DNA of 41,713 bases. It comes from Thermoplasmata archaeon (GTDB lineage: Archaea > Thermoplasmatota > SW-10-69-26 > JACQPN01 > JAJPHT01). The translations under genes were made by a program, and so were the position numbers. This document shows, piece by piece, positions 1-8,900 of this stretch; position 1 is the first letter of the stretch; each line of letters opens with the position of its first letter. The notes under the pieces are model-generated. The model saw nothing but the letters and a program-made list of their open reading frames with translations. It had not been told where the DNA came from and did not search any database. Where the stretch lies: contig JAXDQU010000006.1 of NCBI GenBank assembly GCA_034667685.1, positions 1 through 41,713 on the forward strand, given 5' to 3'.

Positions 1-49
1 CCGATTCCGAGCCCGCGGAATCGGAAGAGGAATCGGACTCGGAAGCGGG
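1..49. repeat. Palindrome with TTCCGA-type hexamer arms, truncated by the window edge
   Basis: CCGATTCCG (1-9) pairs with CGGAATCGG (16-24), followed by more GGAATC/GGAAGC units; same units as 2631-2712 and 26770-26847. Confidence 0.75.
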
Positions 50-62
50 CAACGGGGGCACC

Positions 63-74
63 ACCTTCAAATAG
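63..74 (+). promoter_or_regulatory. Candidate archaeal TATA box for the rps6e operon
   Basis: AT-rich ACCTTCAAATAG in a very GC-rich context, upstream of the operon. Confidence 0.5.
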
Positions 75-151
75 GGGGCGCTCGATCGACGGCCACCGCC
101 CCCGGGCGGTTTGTGGGCGACGGGCAACTGTCCCCTGGAGTTTCGAGATTC

Positions 152-550
152 ATGGTGGATTTCAAGGTGGTCGTTTCGGACCCTCGCGACGGCAAGAGCT
201 ACCAGCTGACGGTTTCCGGCCAGCACGCCAACGTCCTCGTGCGCAAGAAGATCGGCGACGAGATCGACGGCATGTTCCTGGGCCTGCCCGGCTACAAGGT
301 GAAGATCACCGGTGGCTCCGACCGCGACGGCTTCCCGATGCGCCCCGAGATCCGCAGCGCCGCGCGCAAGAAGCTCCTCGTCGCCGACTCGATCGGCAAC
401 CGCCCCCGGGACTACCCGGGCAAGCGCTCCAAGCTCAACCTGCGCGGCGGCGAGATCAGCCCCGAGATCGCGCAGATCAACACGAAGGTCACGACCTTCG
501 GCCCGAAGCCCATCGCCGAGCTCGCGCCCCCCACGCCGGCGAAGAAGTAG
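152..550 (+). CDS. rps6e: 30S ribosomal protein S6e
   Basis: FKVVVSDP..GKSYQ, KIGDEIDG..LGLPGYKVKITGGSDRDGFPMR, IAQINTK; ATG 152 follows GGAG; typical position upstream of aIF2-gamma. Confidence 0.95.
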   Translation: MVDFKVVVSDPRDGKSYQLTVSGQHANVLVRKKIGDEIDGMFLGLPGYKVKITGGSDRDGFPMRPEIRSAARKKLLVADSIGNRPRDYPGKRSKLNLRGGEISPEIAQINTKVTTFGPKPIAELAPPTPAKK

Positions 551-561
551 AGCGGTGACGC

Positions 562-1791
562 ATGAAGGTCCCGAAGCAGCCTGAGGTCAACATCGGCACG
601 ATCGGCCACGTCGACCACGGAAAGACCACGTTGACGCAGGCGCTCTCGGGCGAGTGGACCGACCGCCACTCCGAGGAGATCAAGCGCGGCATCTCGATCA
701 AGCTGGGCTACGCCGACGCGGCGTTCTACAAGTATCCCGGCAAGACGGGGCCGGAGTCCTTCGGCGTGAAGGACAAGGCCGACGACGGCACGGCCGGGGA
801 GCTTCTCCGCTGCGTCTCGTTCGTCGACTCGCCGGGCCACGAGACGCTCATGGCGACGATGCTCTCGGGCGCCGCGGTGATGGACGGCGCGATGCTGCTC
901 GTCGCGGCCAACGAGAAGTGCCCCCAGCCGCAGACCAAGGAGCACCTCATGGCGCTGGACCTCATCGGCGTCAAGAACCTCATCATCGTCCAGAACAAGA
1001 TCGACCTCGTCAGCGAGGAGCGCGCGCTGGAGAACTACAAGGAGATCAAGGCGTTCGTCAAGGGCACCACCGCCGAGGACGCGCCGATCATCCCCGTCTC
1101 CGCGCAGCAGGGCATCAACATCGACCTCCTCGTGGAGACCATCGAGCGCGTGATCCCCACGCCCAAGCGCGACCCCAAGAAGCCGGGCCGCCTGTTCATC
1201 GCCCGCTCGTTCGACATCAACAAGCCCGGCACGCGCCCCGCGGAGATCAAGGGCGGCGTCCTCGGCGGCACGGTCTCGCAGGGCCAGCTCAAGGTCGGCG
1301 ACGAGATCGAGATCAGCCCCGGCCGCAAGATCGAGGAGCACGGCCGGACGCGCTGGGAGCCCATCTACACGACGCTCACCGGCATCATGGCCGGCGGACG
1401 CTCGTACAAGACGGCGAACGCCGGCGGCCTGCTCGGCGTCTCCACGAACCTGGACCCCTCGCTCACGAAGGCCGACAACCTCGTGGGCAAGATCGCCGGC
1501 AAGCCCGGCACGCTCCCGGACGTGCGCCACAGCTTCACGATGAACGTGAAGCTCCTCGACCGCGTCGTGGGCGCCGCGGAAGATCTGAAGGTCGAGCCGA
1601 TCAAGACGCGCGAGCCGCTCATGCTCAACGTCGACACGGCGACCACCGTGGGCGTCGTCACGTCCGCGCGCGCGGACAGCAGCGAGGTCGCGCTCAAGCT
1701 CCCCGTCTGCGCCGAGGCCGGCCAGCGCGTCGCCATCTCGCGGCGCGTCGGCGCGCGCTGGCGCCTCATTGGCTACGGCGTGATCCAGTAG
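562..1791 (+). CDS. eif2g: Translation initiation factor aIF2 subunit gamma
   Basis: [62 protein letters not shown]-terminal RWRLIGYG. Confidence 0.97.
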   Translation: MKVPKQPEVNIGTIGHVDHGKTTLTQALSGEWTDRHSEEIKRGISIKLGYADAAFYKYPGKTGPESFGVKDKADDGTAGELLRCVSFVDSPGHETLMATMLSGAAVMDGAMLLVAANEKCPQPQTKEHLMALDLIGVKNLIIVQNKIDLVSEERALENYKEIKAFVKGTTAEDAPIIPVSAQQGINIDLLVETIERVIPTPKRDPKKPGRLFIARSFDINKPGTRPAEIKGGVLGGTVSQGQLKVGDEIEISPGRKIEEHGRTRWEPIYTTLTGIMAGGRSYKTANAGGLLGVSTNLDPSLTKADNLVGKIAGKPGTLPDVRHSFTMNVKLLDRVVGAAEDLKVEPIKTREPLMLNVDTATTVGVVTSARADSSEVALKLPVCAEAGQRVAISRRVGARWRLIGYGVIQ

Positions 1792-1800
1792 GGTGATAGC

Positions 1801-2628
1801 ATGGCCGCGAAGAAGGCTCCGCCCAAGAAAGCCGCGCCCAAGAAGACGGCGAAGCCCCAGCCCGAGCCGAAGCGCCCGCCGGAGTTCGTGAAGAAGGCCA
1901 GCGCCGCCGACCGCAAGGCCGCGCTGGAGGCCGTGCTGGAGAAGGAGGCGATCCCCACGCCGAAGCCGCCCGCGCCCGCCCCCGCGGTCGCCCCGCCCCC
2001 GCTCCCGCCCCAGGTGCGCGAGGCGAGCCCCGCGGACAGGAAGGCGGCCGTCGAGCAGCTCGTCGAGGAGTCGGGCGTCGCCAGCGCGCTCTCGAAGGCG
2101 CCCTGGAAGCGCAGCGCGCCCGCCCCGGCGCCCGCCCCCGCCGGGCCCCCGCAGCCCGCCGCGCCCGCGCCCAAGACCGCGCCGCGCGCCGTCATGACCA
2201 AGGCGCCGCTCACGCCGGAGGTCGGCCGCAGCGCGCCGCGCGTCGTCATCCTCGACAGCAACGCGCTGATGATGCAGTTCCAGTTCCACGTGGACATCGA
2301 GAAGGAGGTGCGCCGCATCCTCAACATCAACTTCGATGTCGTGGTGCCGCGCGTCGTCGTCCACGAGCTGGAGCGCATCGCCAAGGAAGGCGGCCAGAAG
2401 GAGGCCGGAGAGGCGCGCATGGCGCTGGAGCTGGCCAAGACGTTCCGCGTCGAGGACTCGGGGCTCGAAGGCGACACCGCGGTCCTTCGGCTCGCCGAGA
2501 AGCTCAACGCGATCGTCGTGACCAACGACAAGCGCCTCCGCGCGATGCTCCGCGCGAAGGCGATCCCGAACATCTACATGCGCAGCCGGGCGTTCCTCAC
2601 GATCGAGGGGCACATCCCGGGGATGTAG
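1801..2628 (+). CDS. PIN-domain ribonuclease (Fcf1/Utp24-like) with a long K/P/A-rich N-terminal extension
   Basis: PIN acidic motifs VILDSNAL, VVHELE, GDTAV, VVTNDKRL; usual position after aIF2-gamma; GGTGA SD before the ATG. Confidence 0.85.
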   Translation: MAAKKAPPKKAAPKKTAKPQPEPKRPPEFVKKASAADRKAALEAVLEKEAIPTPKPPAPAPAVAPPPLPPQVREASPADRKAAVEQLVEESGVASALSKAPWKRSAPAPAPAPAGPPQPAAPAPKTAPRAVMTKAPLTPEVGRSAPRVVILDSNALMMQFQFHVDIEKEVRRILNINFDVVVPRVVVHELERIAKEGGQKEAGEARMALELAKTFRVEDSGLEGDTAVLRLAEKLNAIVVTNDKRLRAMLRAKAIPNIYMRSRAFLTIEGHIPGM

Positions 2629-2630
2629 GC

Positions 2631-2712
2631 CCGATTCCGCTTCCGCTTCCGCTTCCGATTCCGATTCCTATTCCGAGTCCGAACGCGGAAGAGGAATCGG
2701 AATCGGAATCGG
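2631..2712. repeat. Palindrome with TTCCGC/TTCCGA hexamer arms, between convergent genes
   Basis: Left run of (TTCCGC/TTCCGA)n pairs with CGGAAGAGGAATCGGAATCGGAATCGG over about 27 bp with 2 mismatches. Confidence 0.85.
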
Positions 2713-2717
2713 GGCGC

Positions 2718-2966
2718 TTACGGATACCCCGGCCTGCTCGCGAGCGCCACGATGAGCGCGATCACGAGGATCGCGAGCACCACCAGGATGATCACGACGG
2801 TCGAGCTGAGGCCGAAGAAGCCCGTCGACTCGTTGGGATTGTTGTTGTTCACGTTCACGTTGGGCGTGGGGACGTAGACGTTCGTGTTGTTCTGCTGGCC
2901 CGCCGCGAGACCGGCGAGGAGCGGGGCGGTCAGCAGGGCGGTCAGCAGCAGGAGAGTCGCTCGCAT
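2718..2966 (-). CDS. Small membrane protein (82 aa): signal peptide, Asn-rich segment, C-terminal TM helix
   Basis: MRATLLLLTALL... signal, NNTNVYVPTPNVNVNNNNPNES, then VVIILVVLAILVIALIVALA; the upstream part of the listed 593-aa ORF is antisense shadow of pgk. Confidence 0.75.
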   Translation of the reverse strand: MRATLLLLTALLTAPLLAGLAAGQQNNTNVYVPTPNVNVNNNNPNESTGFFGLSSTVVIILVVLAILVIALIVALASRPGYP

Positions 2967-3074
2967 GGATCGGGGTCTGGCCGCCCCCCTGGCACCCTTC
3001 TTCCGGCCGGCTCCTCGATGATTCTCTCGTGTGAGGGCAAGGCTTGAAGATGCGTTGCCGGGTTGGCCGCTGCC

Positions 3075-4352
3075 ATGAGCGCGAAGCCCTACCTCACCGT
3101 GGACGACCTGCGGGTCCAGGACAAGACGGTCCTGCTGCGCGTCGACATCAACGCGCCCATCGTGGAGGGAAAGGTCGCCGGCAAGGACCGCATCGAGGCG
3201 GCCGCGGCGACGGTCGACCAGCTCGCGTCCAAGGGCGCGCGCGTCGTCATCCTCGCGCACCAGGGGCGCAAGGGGGACGCGGACTTCACGAGTCTGCGCG
3301 AGCACGCCCAGGTCCTCGGGGAGTTCACCAAGACGAAGGTCCGATGGGTCGGCACGCCCCCCGGCGCGCCGGTGGAGCAGCTCGGCGCCTACGTCTTCGG
3401 CGCGCCCGCGCTCGCGGCCATCCGCGACCTTCCGGCCGGAGAAGCCCTGATGCTGGAGAACGTCCGCGCGCTCGACGACGAGACGAGGAAGGGCAAGGCG
3501 GCGGACCACGCGCAGGCCGCGTTCGTGAAGGCGCTCGCGGGCGTCGCCGACGTCTTCGTCAACGACGCCTTCAGCGCCGCGCACCGCAGCCAGGCCTCGC
3601 TCGTGGGCTTCACGGAGCTCATGCCCAGCGGCGCGGGCCTCACGATGGACCGCGAGCTCACCGCGCTCGCGCAGGCCGTCGACGAGCCCGAGCCCCCCGC
3701 GGTCTACTTCCTGGGCGGCAGCAAGCCCGAGGACTCGATCGCCGTCATGCGCGCGAACTTCGAGAAGGGCACGCTCGACACCGCGCTCCTGGGCGGCCTC
3801 GTCGCCAACCTCTTCCTCGTCGCGCGCGGCCACGACCTCGGCAAGCCCTCGATGGAGCTGCTCGAGAAGAAGGCCATCATGCAGTACCTTCCGCAGGCCG
3901 AGGAGCTGCTGGAGAAGTACGACGCGCAGATCGTCACGCCCGACGACGTCGTCGTCAAGGACGGCCACGGCGTCCCGCAGACGATCTTCGTCGACGACCT
4001 GCCCGTCAACTTCCCCATCCTGGACGTGGGCCCCGAGACAATCGCGACGTACGTCGCGGAGATCGGCGCCGCCGGCTCGCTCATGATGAACGGCCCCGCC
4101 GGCCTCTACGAGGAGAAGCCCTACGACAAGGGCACGCGCGCCGTGCTGGGCGCCTTCGCCAAGAGCGATGCGTTCAGCCTCCTGGGCGGGGGCCACACCG
4201 TCACCGCCATCGGCGAGTTCGGCCTGAAGTTCGAGGACTTCGGCTACGTGAGCCTCGCGGGCGGCGCGCTGATGTCGTACCTGACCGGCGAGACGCTTCC
4301 CGCGGTCGAGGCGTTGAAGCAGAACAAGGTCCGGTTCGCCGGCAAGATTTGA
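3075..4352 (+). CDS. pgk: Phosphoglycerate kinase
   Basis: VLLRVDINAP, ILAHQGR, LENVR, FVNDAFSAAHRSQAS, GGSK, LDVGPET, NGPAG, GGGHT, SLAGGA. Confidence 0.96.
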   Translation: MSAKPYLTVDDLRVQDKTVLLRVDINAPIVEGKVAGKDRIEAAAATVDQLASKGARVVILAHQGRKGDADFTSLREHAQVLGEFTKTKVRWVGTPPGAPVEQLGAYVFGAPALAAIRDLPAGEALMLENVRALDDETRKGKAADHAQAAFVKALAGVADVFVNDAFSAAHRSQASLVGFTELMPSGAGLTMDRELTALAQAVDEPEPPAVYFLGGSKPEDSIAVMRANFEKGTLDTALLGGLVANLFLVARGHDLGKPSMELLEKKAIMQYLPQAEELLEKYDAQIVTPDDVVVKDGHGVPQTIFVDDLPVNFPILDVGPETIATYVAEIGAAGSLMMNGPAGLYEEKPYDKGTRAVLGAFAKSDAFSLLGGGHTVTAIGEFGLKFEDFGYVSLAGGALMSYLTGETLPAVEALKQNKVRFAGKI

Positions 4353-4380
4353 TATCGCACGGTCCCGGCGCTTCGCGCTG

Positions 4381-4609
4381 CGCATGCGACGACGCGACGA
4401 GCGCGACGAATGCGACGACGAGGCTCTTGGACTGGGGCGTGACCCTGGGGGAAACCCGAGAACCCGAAGACCCGAGAACCCGATGTGGGTGTCCCGCACG
4501 GGTCGTCGGGTCTTCGGGTTCTCGGGTTTCCCCCAGGGTCACGCGGAAGGGCAGGCGCGGCGCGTCCTCCACCGTCGCATTCGTCGCGCTCGTCGCGTCG
4601 TCGCATGCG
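4381..4609. repeat. Nested double inverted repeat (REP/MITE-like)
   Basis: Perfect 37-bp outer arms 4381-4417 / 4573-4609 and perfect 39-bp inner arms 4437-4475 / 4506-4544. Confidence 0.92.
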
Positions 4610-4623
4610 GAGCGCGGAACGCG

Positions 4624-5016
4624 CTACGGCCGACGCAGCTCATCCAGGTGCGCCTCGAACGCGCGTGGCCCATCAAAAACGCCCGGCTCGCCCTGATATC
4701 CGCAGCGCACGCAACGCGCCACGAGCCGCGCGGGGCCGCCCCAGAGCAGGTCCATGAAGCCGCAGCGCGGGCAGGCGGCGTGCGGCCACTCCATCGCGTC
4801 GAGCGCCTCGCGCGGCGGCGTCTCGATGGGCGCCACGTCCCCGCGGCGGGCGCGCGGCCGCGGCTGCAACGCGCGGATCGCGAGGATCGTGCCCACCAGC
4901 CCCGCGAGCGCCAGCGGGATGCCCACGAGCTGCCCCGCCGCCGCGAAGAGCAGGCCCAGCGCGCCCGCGACGAGGCTCGCCGCGAGCCCCGCGACGGCCT
5001 TCCACCGTTCAGCCAG
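4624..5016 (-). CDS. Membrane protein with C-terminal Zn ribbon; start uncertain (CTG 5016 or GTG 4926)
   Basis: Hydrophobic helices, then CPRCG...CVRCGYQG; the frame stays open and hydrophobic upstream of 4926 up to a CTG overlapping the upstream stop. Confidence 0.65.
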   Translation of the reverse strand: MAERWKAVAGLAASLVAGALGLLFAAAGQLVGIPLALAGLVGTILAIRALQPRPRARRGDVAPIETPPREALDAMEWPHAACPRCGFMDLLWGGPARLVARCVRCGYQGEPGVFDGPRAFEAHLDELRRP

Positions 5017-5506
5017 CTTCCGCGCCCCCGCGCAGCGCGGCGAGGAACCCGAGGTAGTCCTCGCGGCGCTCGAACTCGACCGGGATGCCCTGGAAGCCGC
5101 ACCGCGGGCAGACGAAGCGCGCGCCCGTCTCGCCTCCGCCGGCCCACACGCCGTCGCGGATGCCCGGATGGCGCACGCCCGGATAGCCGCAGTCCGGGCA
5201 CACCGTGAGCGGGAAGGGAAGCCCCTCCAGGTCCTCGACGCCGGGCAGCGCGCCCGTCGTGGGCGGCACGGGGCGCGGCGCCACCGGAGCCGGCTCCTTC
5301 CGTGCCCTGGCGCGCGTCAACGCCGCGATGGCCACCAGCGTCCAGATGGAGCCGAAGCCCGAGACGAGCACGAGCGCGACCTCGACGTCGCCCAGGAGCC
5401 CCGCGCGCGGACCGGCCGCGAGCGCGAACGCCCCCGCGACGACCGCGACCGCCACGAGCGCCACGAGACCGACGACCAGAAGCACGAGCCGGATGCCGCC
5501 TCGCAT
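5009..5506 (-). CDS. Two-TM membrane protein with C-terminal Zn ribbon
   Basis: Two hydrophobic segments, CPDCG...CPRCGFQGIP; paralogue of the downstream gene. Confidence 0.75.
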   Translation of the reverse strand: MRGGIRLVLLVVGLVALVAVAVVAGAFALAAGPRAGLLGDVEVALVLVSGFGSIWTLVAIAALTRARARKEPAPVAPRPVPPTTGALPGVEDLEGLPFPLTVCPDCGYPGVRHPGIRDGVWAGGGETGARFVCPRCGFQGIPVEFERREDYLGFLAALRGGAEAG

Positions 5507-5568
5507 CGCCGCGCGGATGCGCCCCCGCTGCCAAATGCTTATCCCGCGTCGGCCCGCTGCGCCGCCCG

Positions 5569-5946
5569 ATGAGCGCCGAAAGCGCCCCCGCCACCGACGC
5601 GGACCGGCTCGCCAAGCTCTGGGACGCCTACCGCGCCCAGGAGGAGGAGCTGCAGGAGGCGCTCGGACGCATCGAGCGGCTCACCGCCGAGGTCGAGGGG
5701 CGCGGCGGCGAGGTCGCGCGCCGCCAGCGCGAGATCGCCACCCGCGAGGAGGAGATCAAGCGCCTCCAGGACGTGATCGGCGAGAAGGACCGCCGCATCG
5801 CCGAGCTCGCCCAGCTCGAAGCCGACGCCGCCGCCGTCCAGGCCTACAAGGACCGCATAGCGGAGCTCGAGGCGGCCCACGCCCGCGAGAAGGAGCGGCT
5901 GGCGAAGCTGTTCCTGCTCTACGAAGAGGCGACGAAGCGCGCCTAG
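5569..5946 (+). CDS. Coiled-coil hypothetical protein (125 aa)
   Basis: E/R/A/L-rich heptad pattern, host-like codon usage, AT-rich AATGCTTATC about 27 nt upstream (leaderless pattern). Confidence 0.75.
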   Translation: MSAESAPATDADRLAKLWDAYRAQEEELQEALGRIERLTAEVEGRGGEVARRQREIATREEEIKRLQDVIGEKDRRIAELAQLEADAAAVQAYKDRIAELEAAHAREKERLAKLFLLYEEATKRA

Positions 5947-5953
5947 GGTGGCC

Positions 5954-8900
5954 TCAGCACCTCAGGTTCACGCTCACCCCGCTTGCGCCGTTCTGGAGGA
6001 ACGCCGCGAGGATCGTGTCCACCACGGGCCCGAAGAGGAAGTTCGGGTCGGGCATCACTTCCCACGCGCCGCCCTCGCCCGCCGGGGAGCCCATGCTCGC
6101 GCCGTTGATCCAGTAGCTGTGGAGGTGCGGGTTCGTGCTGACGTCGACCTTGTACCAGGGCGGCAGGCCCCAGCAGAACACGCTCGTCGGGATCGAGACG
6201 AGGTTGCCCATGTGCGCGCCCGCGACCGTCGTCTCCAGCGAGCTGAGCGTCGCGATGCGCGGGTGCACGCCCACGAGCGGGATCGTCGTGGTCGGGAAGA
6301 TCCGCCATTGCAGCACGAGGTTCAGGCTCGCGTCCGCGTTCAACGGCACGTGGAGCCCCTGCCACCAGGTGTCGAAGCCGCTGAAGGTCCCCGAGACCCG
6401 GATGGGGAAGCCCACGTGCACGTTCAGGTTGGACACGTCGCGCAGCCTCAGGCCGAGGTCGTCCACGCGCGCGTTGGGGATCGAGGCGCCGAACGTCAGC
6501 TCCAGGCGATAGCATCCCGAGCCGCGCAGCGTCACGGCCGGGAAGCTCATGGAGAGCTGCGCCGCGGCATGGGCCTCGATCCGCTTCGTGGGGACGGGGC
6601 TCGACGAGAAGGTCAGCATCGAGGACGCGTAGCTGGCGCTCGTCGTGCGCGCGAGCCTGTCGAACGAGAGGCTTCCCTGCACGTTGAGGTCGCCCCCGAA
6701 GAACGCCGCGTCGATCCACATCGAGCCGCTGAGCGTGTCGGCGTTCGCCTGGTAGGCGAAGCTGGGCTCGGTCTGTGTCTGCGTCGAGGTGGCCGTCGTC
6801 GTCGTGGACTGGCCGTTGCAGTCGCGCGTGGTCGAGCTGGTGCTCGACGAGAAGACCTCGGGAAGCTGCGTGTAGTTCAGCCTCATCGAGGTGGGCGTGT
6901 CGAAGAGCGAGGCGCCCCCGAAGTAGCGCTGCCCGGGCCCGGGGCGGAACATGGTGTTCACCTGCGGGATCGAGGCGCTGGAAGTGATGTTCACCCAGTT
7001 CATCGACTTCGTGAAGTAGCCGTCCAGCGAGAAGCTCGACGGGATGCCCACGAGGACCGCCGTTCCGTAGATCGAGCCGTACGAGCCGTCGACCCAGAGC
7101 TGCCCGATGGAGCCGCTCGCCCAGTACTTGGCGGAGAGGCCGTTCGCGACGTTGGTCTGGCCGCTGAGCAGGAAGGGGCCCGCGCGGATGTCGAGGCCCG
7201 AGGGGATGCCCAGGAAGTAGCCCTTCAGCCAGAGCGCCTTGGCGCCCAGCGTCTTGGCGAGGCCGACGTCGAACGAGAGCTGGGACTGCCACGCGCCGAA
7301 GCCGGTCAGGTTGTAGGTGTTCAGCGTCAGGTTCGCGTCGCCCTGGACCGGCATGCCCGCGATGCCGAGCCGCATCCTCCAGCCCAGGCAGGAGGGTGTG
7401 GAGCCGGGGCATCCGTCGCCGTCGCGGATGACGAAGCTGGACCCGTAGGGGGCCGCGGGCGCCGCGGCCACGCCGCTGACGCTTCCGACGTCGGCCGAGA
7501 GCTGCGCGGTGTAGGGGCTCGACGACTTGTACCAGAGGTTCGTGCCGCTGTTCATGCCGACGCTGAGCGACGAGGGGGCGCCGACGACCCAGCCGGTGAC
7601 GTAGGCCTGCTGCGCGTTGTCGACGAAGTCGCCGTACACGAACACGACGCTGCCCGGCGCCTGCTTGGAGGCGAAGTCGAAGCCGCCCGGCGCGCGCTCG
7701 AAGCCCGAGGTCCCCAAGCCCGAGATGCTGGCGCTCAGCCAGAAGTCGCCGGAGGGCCATCGTCCGTAGACGGCCGCGAACTGGCCGCCGAACGTCAGCG
7801 GGGAGGGCCCGTTGGTGAGCCATCCCGAGAAGCTGCCGATCGTGCCGGAGGGCACCGTGAGGTTGTAGCGGTCGGTGGCCCACGCGACGTTCCACGCGGC
7901 CGGGAGGCCGGTGAGCGCGAGCGACGCGGTCCACGTGCGGCCTCCGGAGACCATCCGCGCGTAGAGGCTCAGCGACGAGGCGGGCCCGGAGGCCGCGTAG
8001 TCGACGTGCCCGGCGCCCGTCGCGAGCGTCACGTTCACGGACGTCGGAAGGCCCGTCCCGATGGCGCTGATGAGCTTGCCGCTGCCGTCGTGCGGGAAGT
8101 AGGTCAGGTTGGCCCACGGGATCGAGCTCGAGGACTGGACGGAGAGCAGCGTGCCGTCGTACGAGAGGCTCATGCCCGCGGGGAGCGACGCGACGTAGGT
8201 CGAGACGTACGCCTTGGGCACGTCGACGACGGCGCTGAACGCGCGGGGCGAGGAGACCGAGAGGCTCGCGGCGAGGCGGTCGTTGCGCGTGTCGAAGGAG
8301 AGGCCCGAGACGGCGCCCTGCTGCATCTCGGCGCGCGTCGTCGTCGTGTTCTTGAGCAGCACGAGGTGGTCCGTGCCGGTCGTGCCGGTGAGCAGGCGTC
8401 CGTTGGACGAGTAGCGCGCGGCGACGAAGCCCACCGACGCGGAGGCCGGGGGCGCGGTGGAGGATGCGCGCGCGTCGAACGTGCCGTAGCCGTCGCCCCA
8501 GGCCGCCTGCATGTGCGGGGGCACGCCGCTGGCGGTGACGTCGAACGTGTCGAGGTTCGTGCCGTCCTGGTAGAAGGCGTGCGCCCACGAGATCGGCCCG
8601 GAGGCGTCGTACGTGACCTGCGCGTTGGGGGCCTTGACCCACGTGAGGGCGATGGTGGCCGGGAGCGCAGGGACGGACACGTTGATCGCGCGGCCGCTGC
8701 CGAGGTTCACGTACGAGGCTCCCAGCGAGGCGCCCGCGGTGCCCGCGTAGGCGAACCCGCCCGTGGTGGCGTCCACGTGCACGGTCGCGCTCGTGGGCAT
8801 CGCGCTCATCGTGAGGTCGCCCAGCACGCTGGCATCCAGGTCCACGTGCGCGGCGAAGGGCCGCCCGCCCGGTGATAGCAGCAGGTCGTACCAGCCGCCC

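Noticed and set aside
412-2613. Long antisense and alternate-frame ORFs here and throughout (e.g. 5943-10298, 8984-13648, 10332-15659, 15343-17928, 20229-22790)
   Set aside because: R/G/A/P-rich shadows of real genes, caused by high GC and scarce stop codons; no recognisable motifs.
2631-2712. Short repeats as a CRISPR array (also 26770-26872 and 4381-4609)
   Set aside because: Units are 6-9 nt, tandem and inverted, with no unique spacers and no cas genes.
4244-5208. Two opposite-strand ORFs that both begin MRRRDERDECD
   Set aside because: A direct consequence of the perfect inverted repeat at 4381-4609, not duplicated genes.
5954-6700. C-terminus of the giant protein as a polymorphic toxin domain
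   Set aside because: No recognisable nuclease or deaminase motif, no RHS or cleavage motif, and no co-oriented immunity gene downstream.
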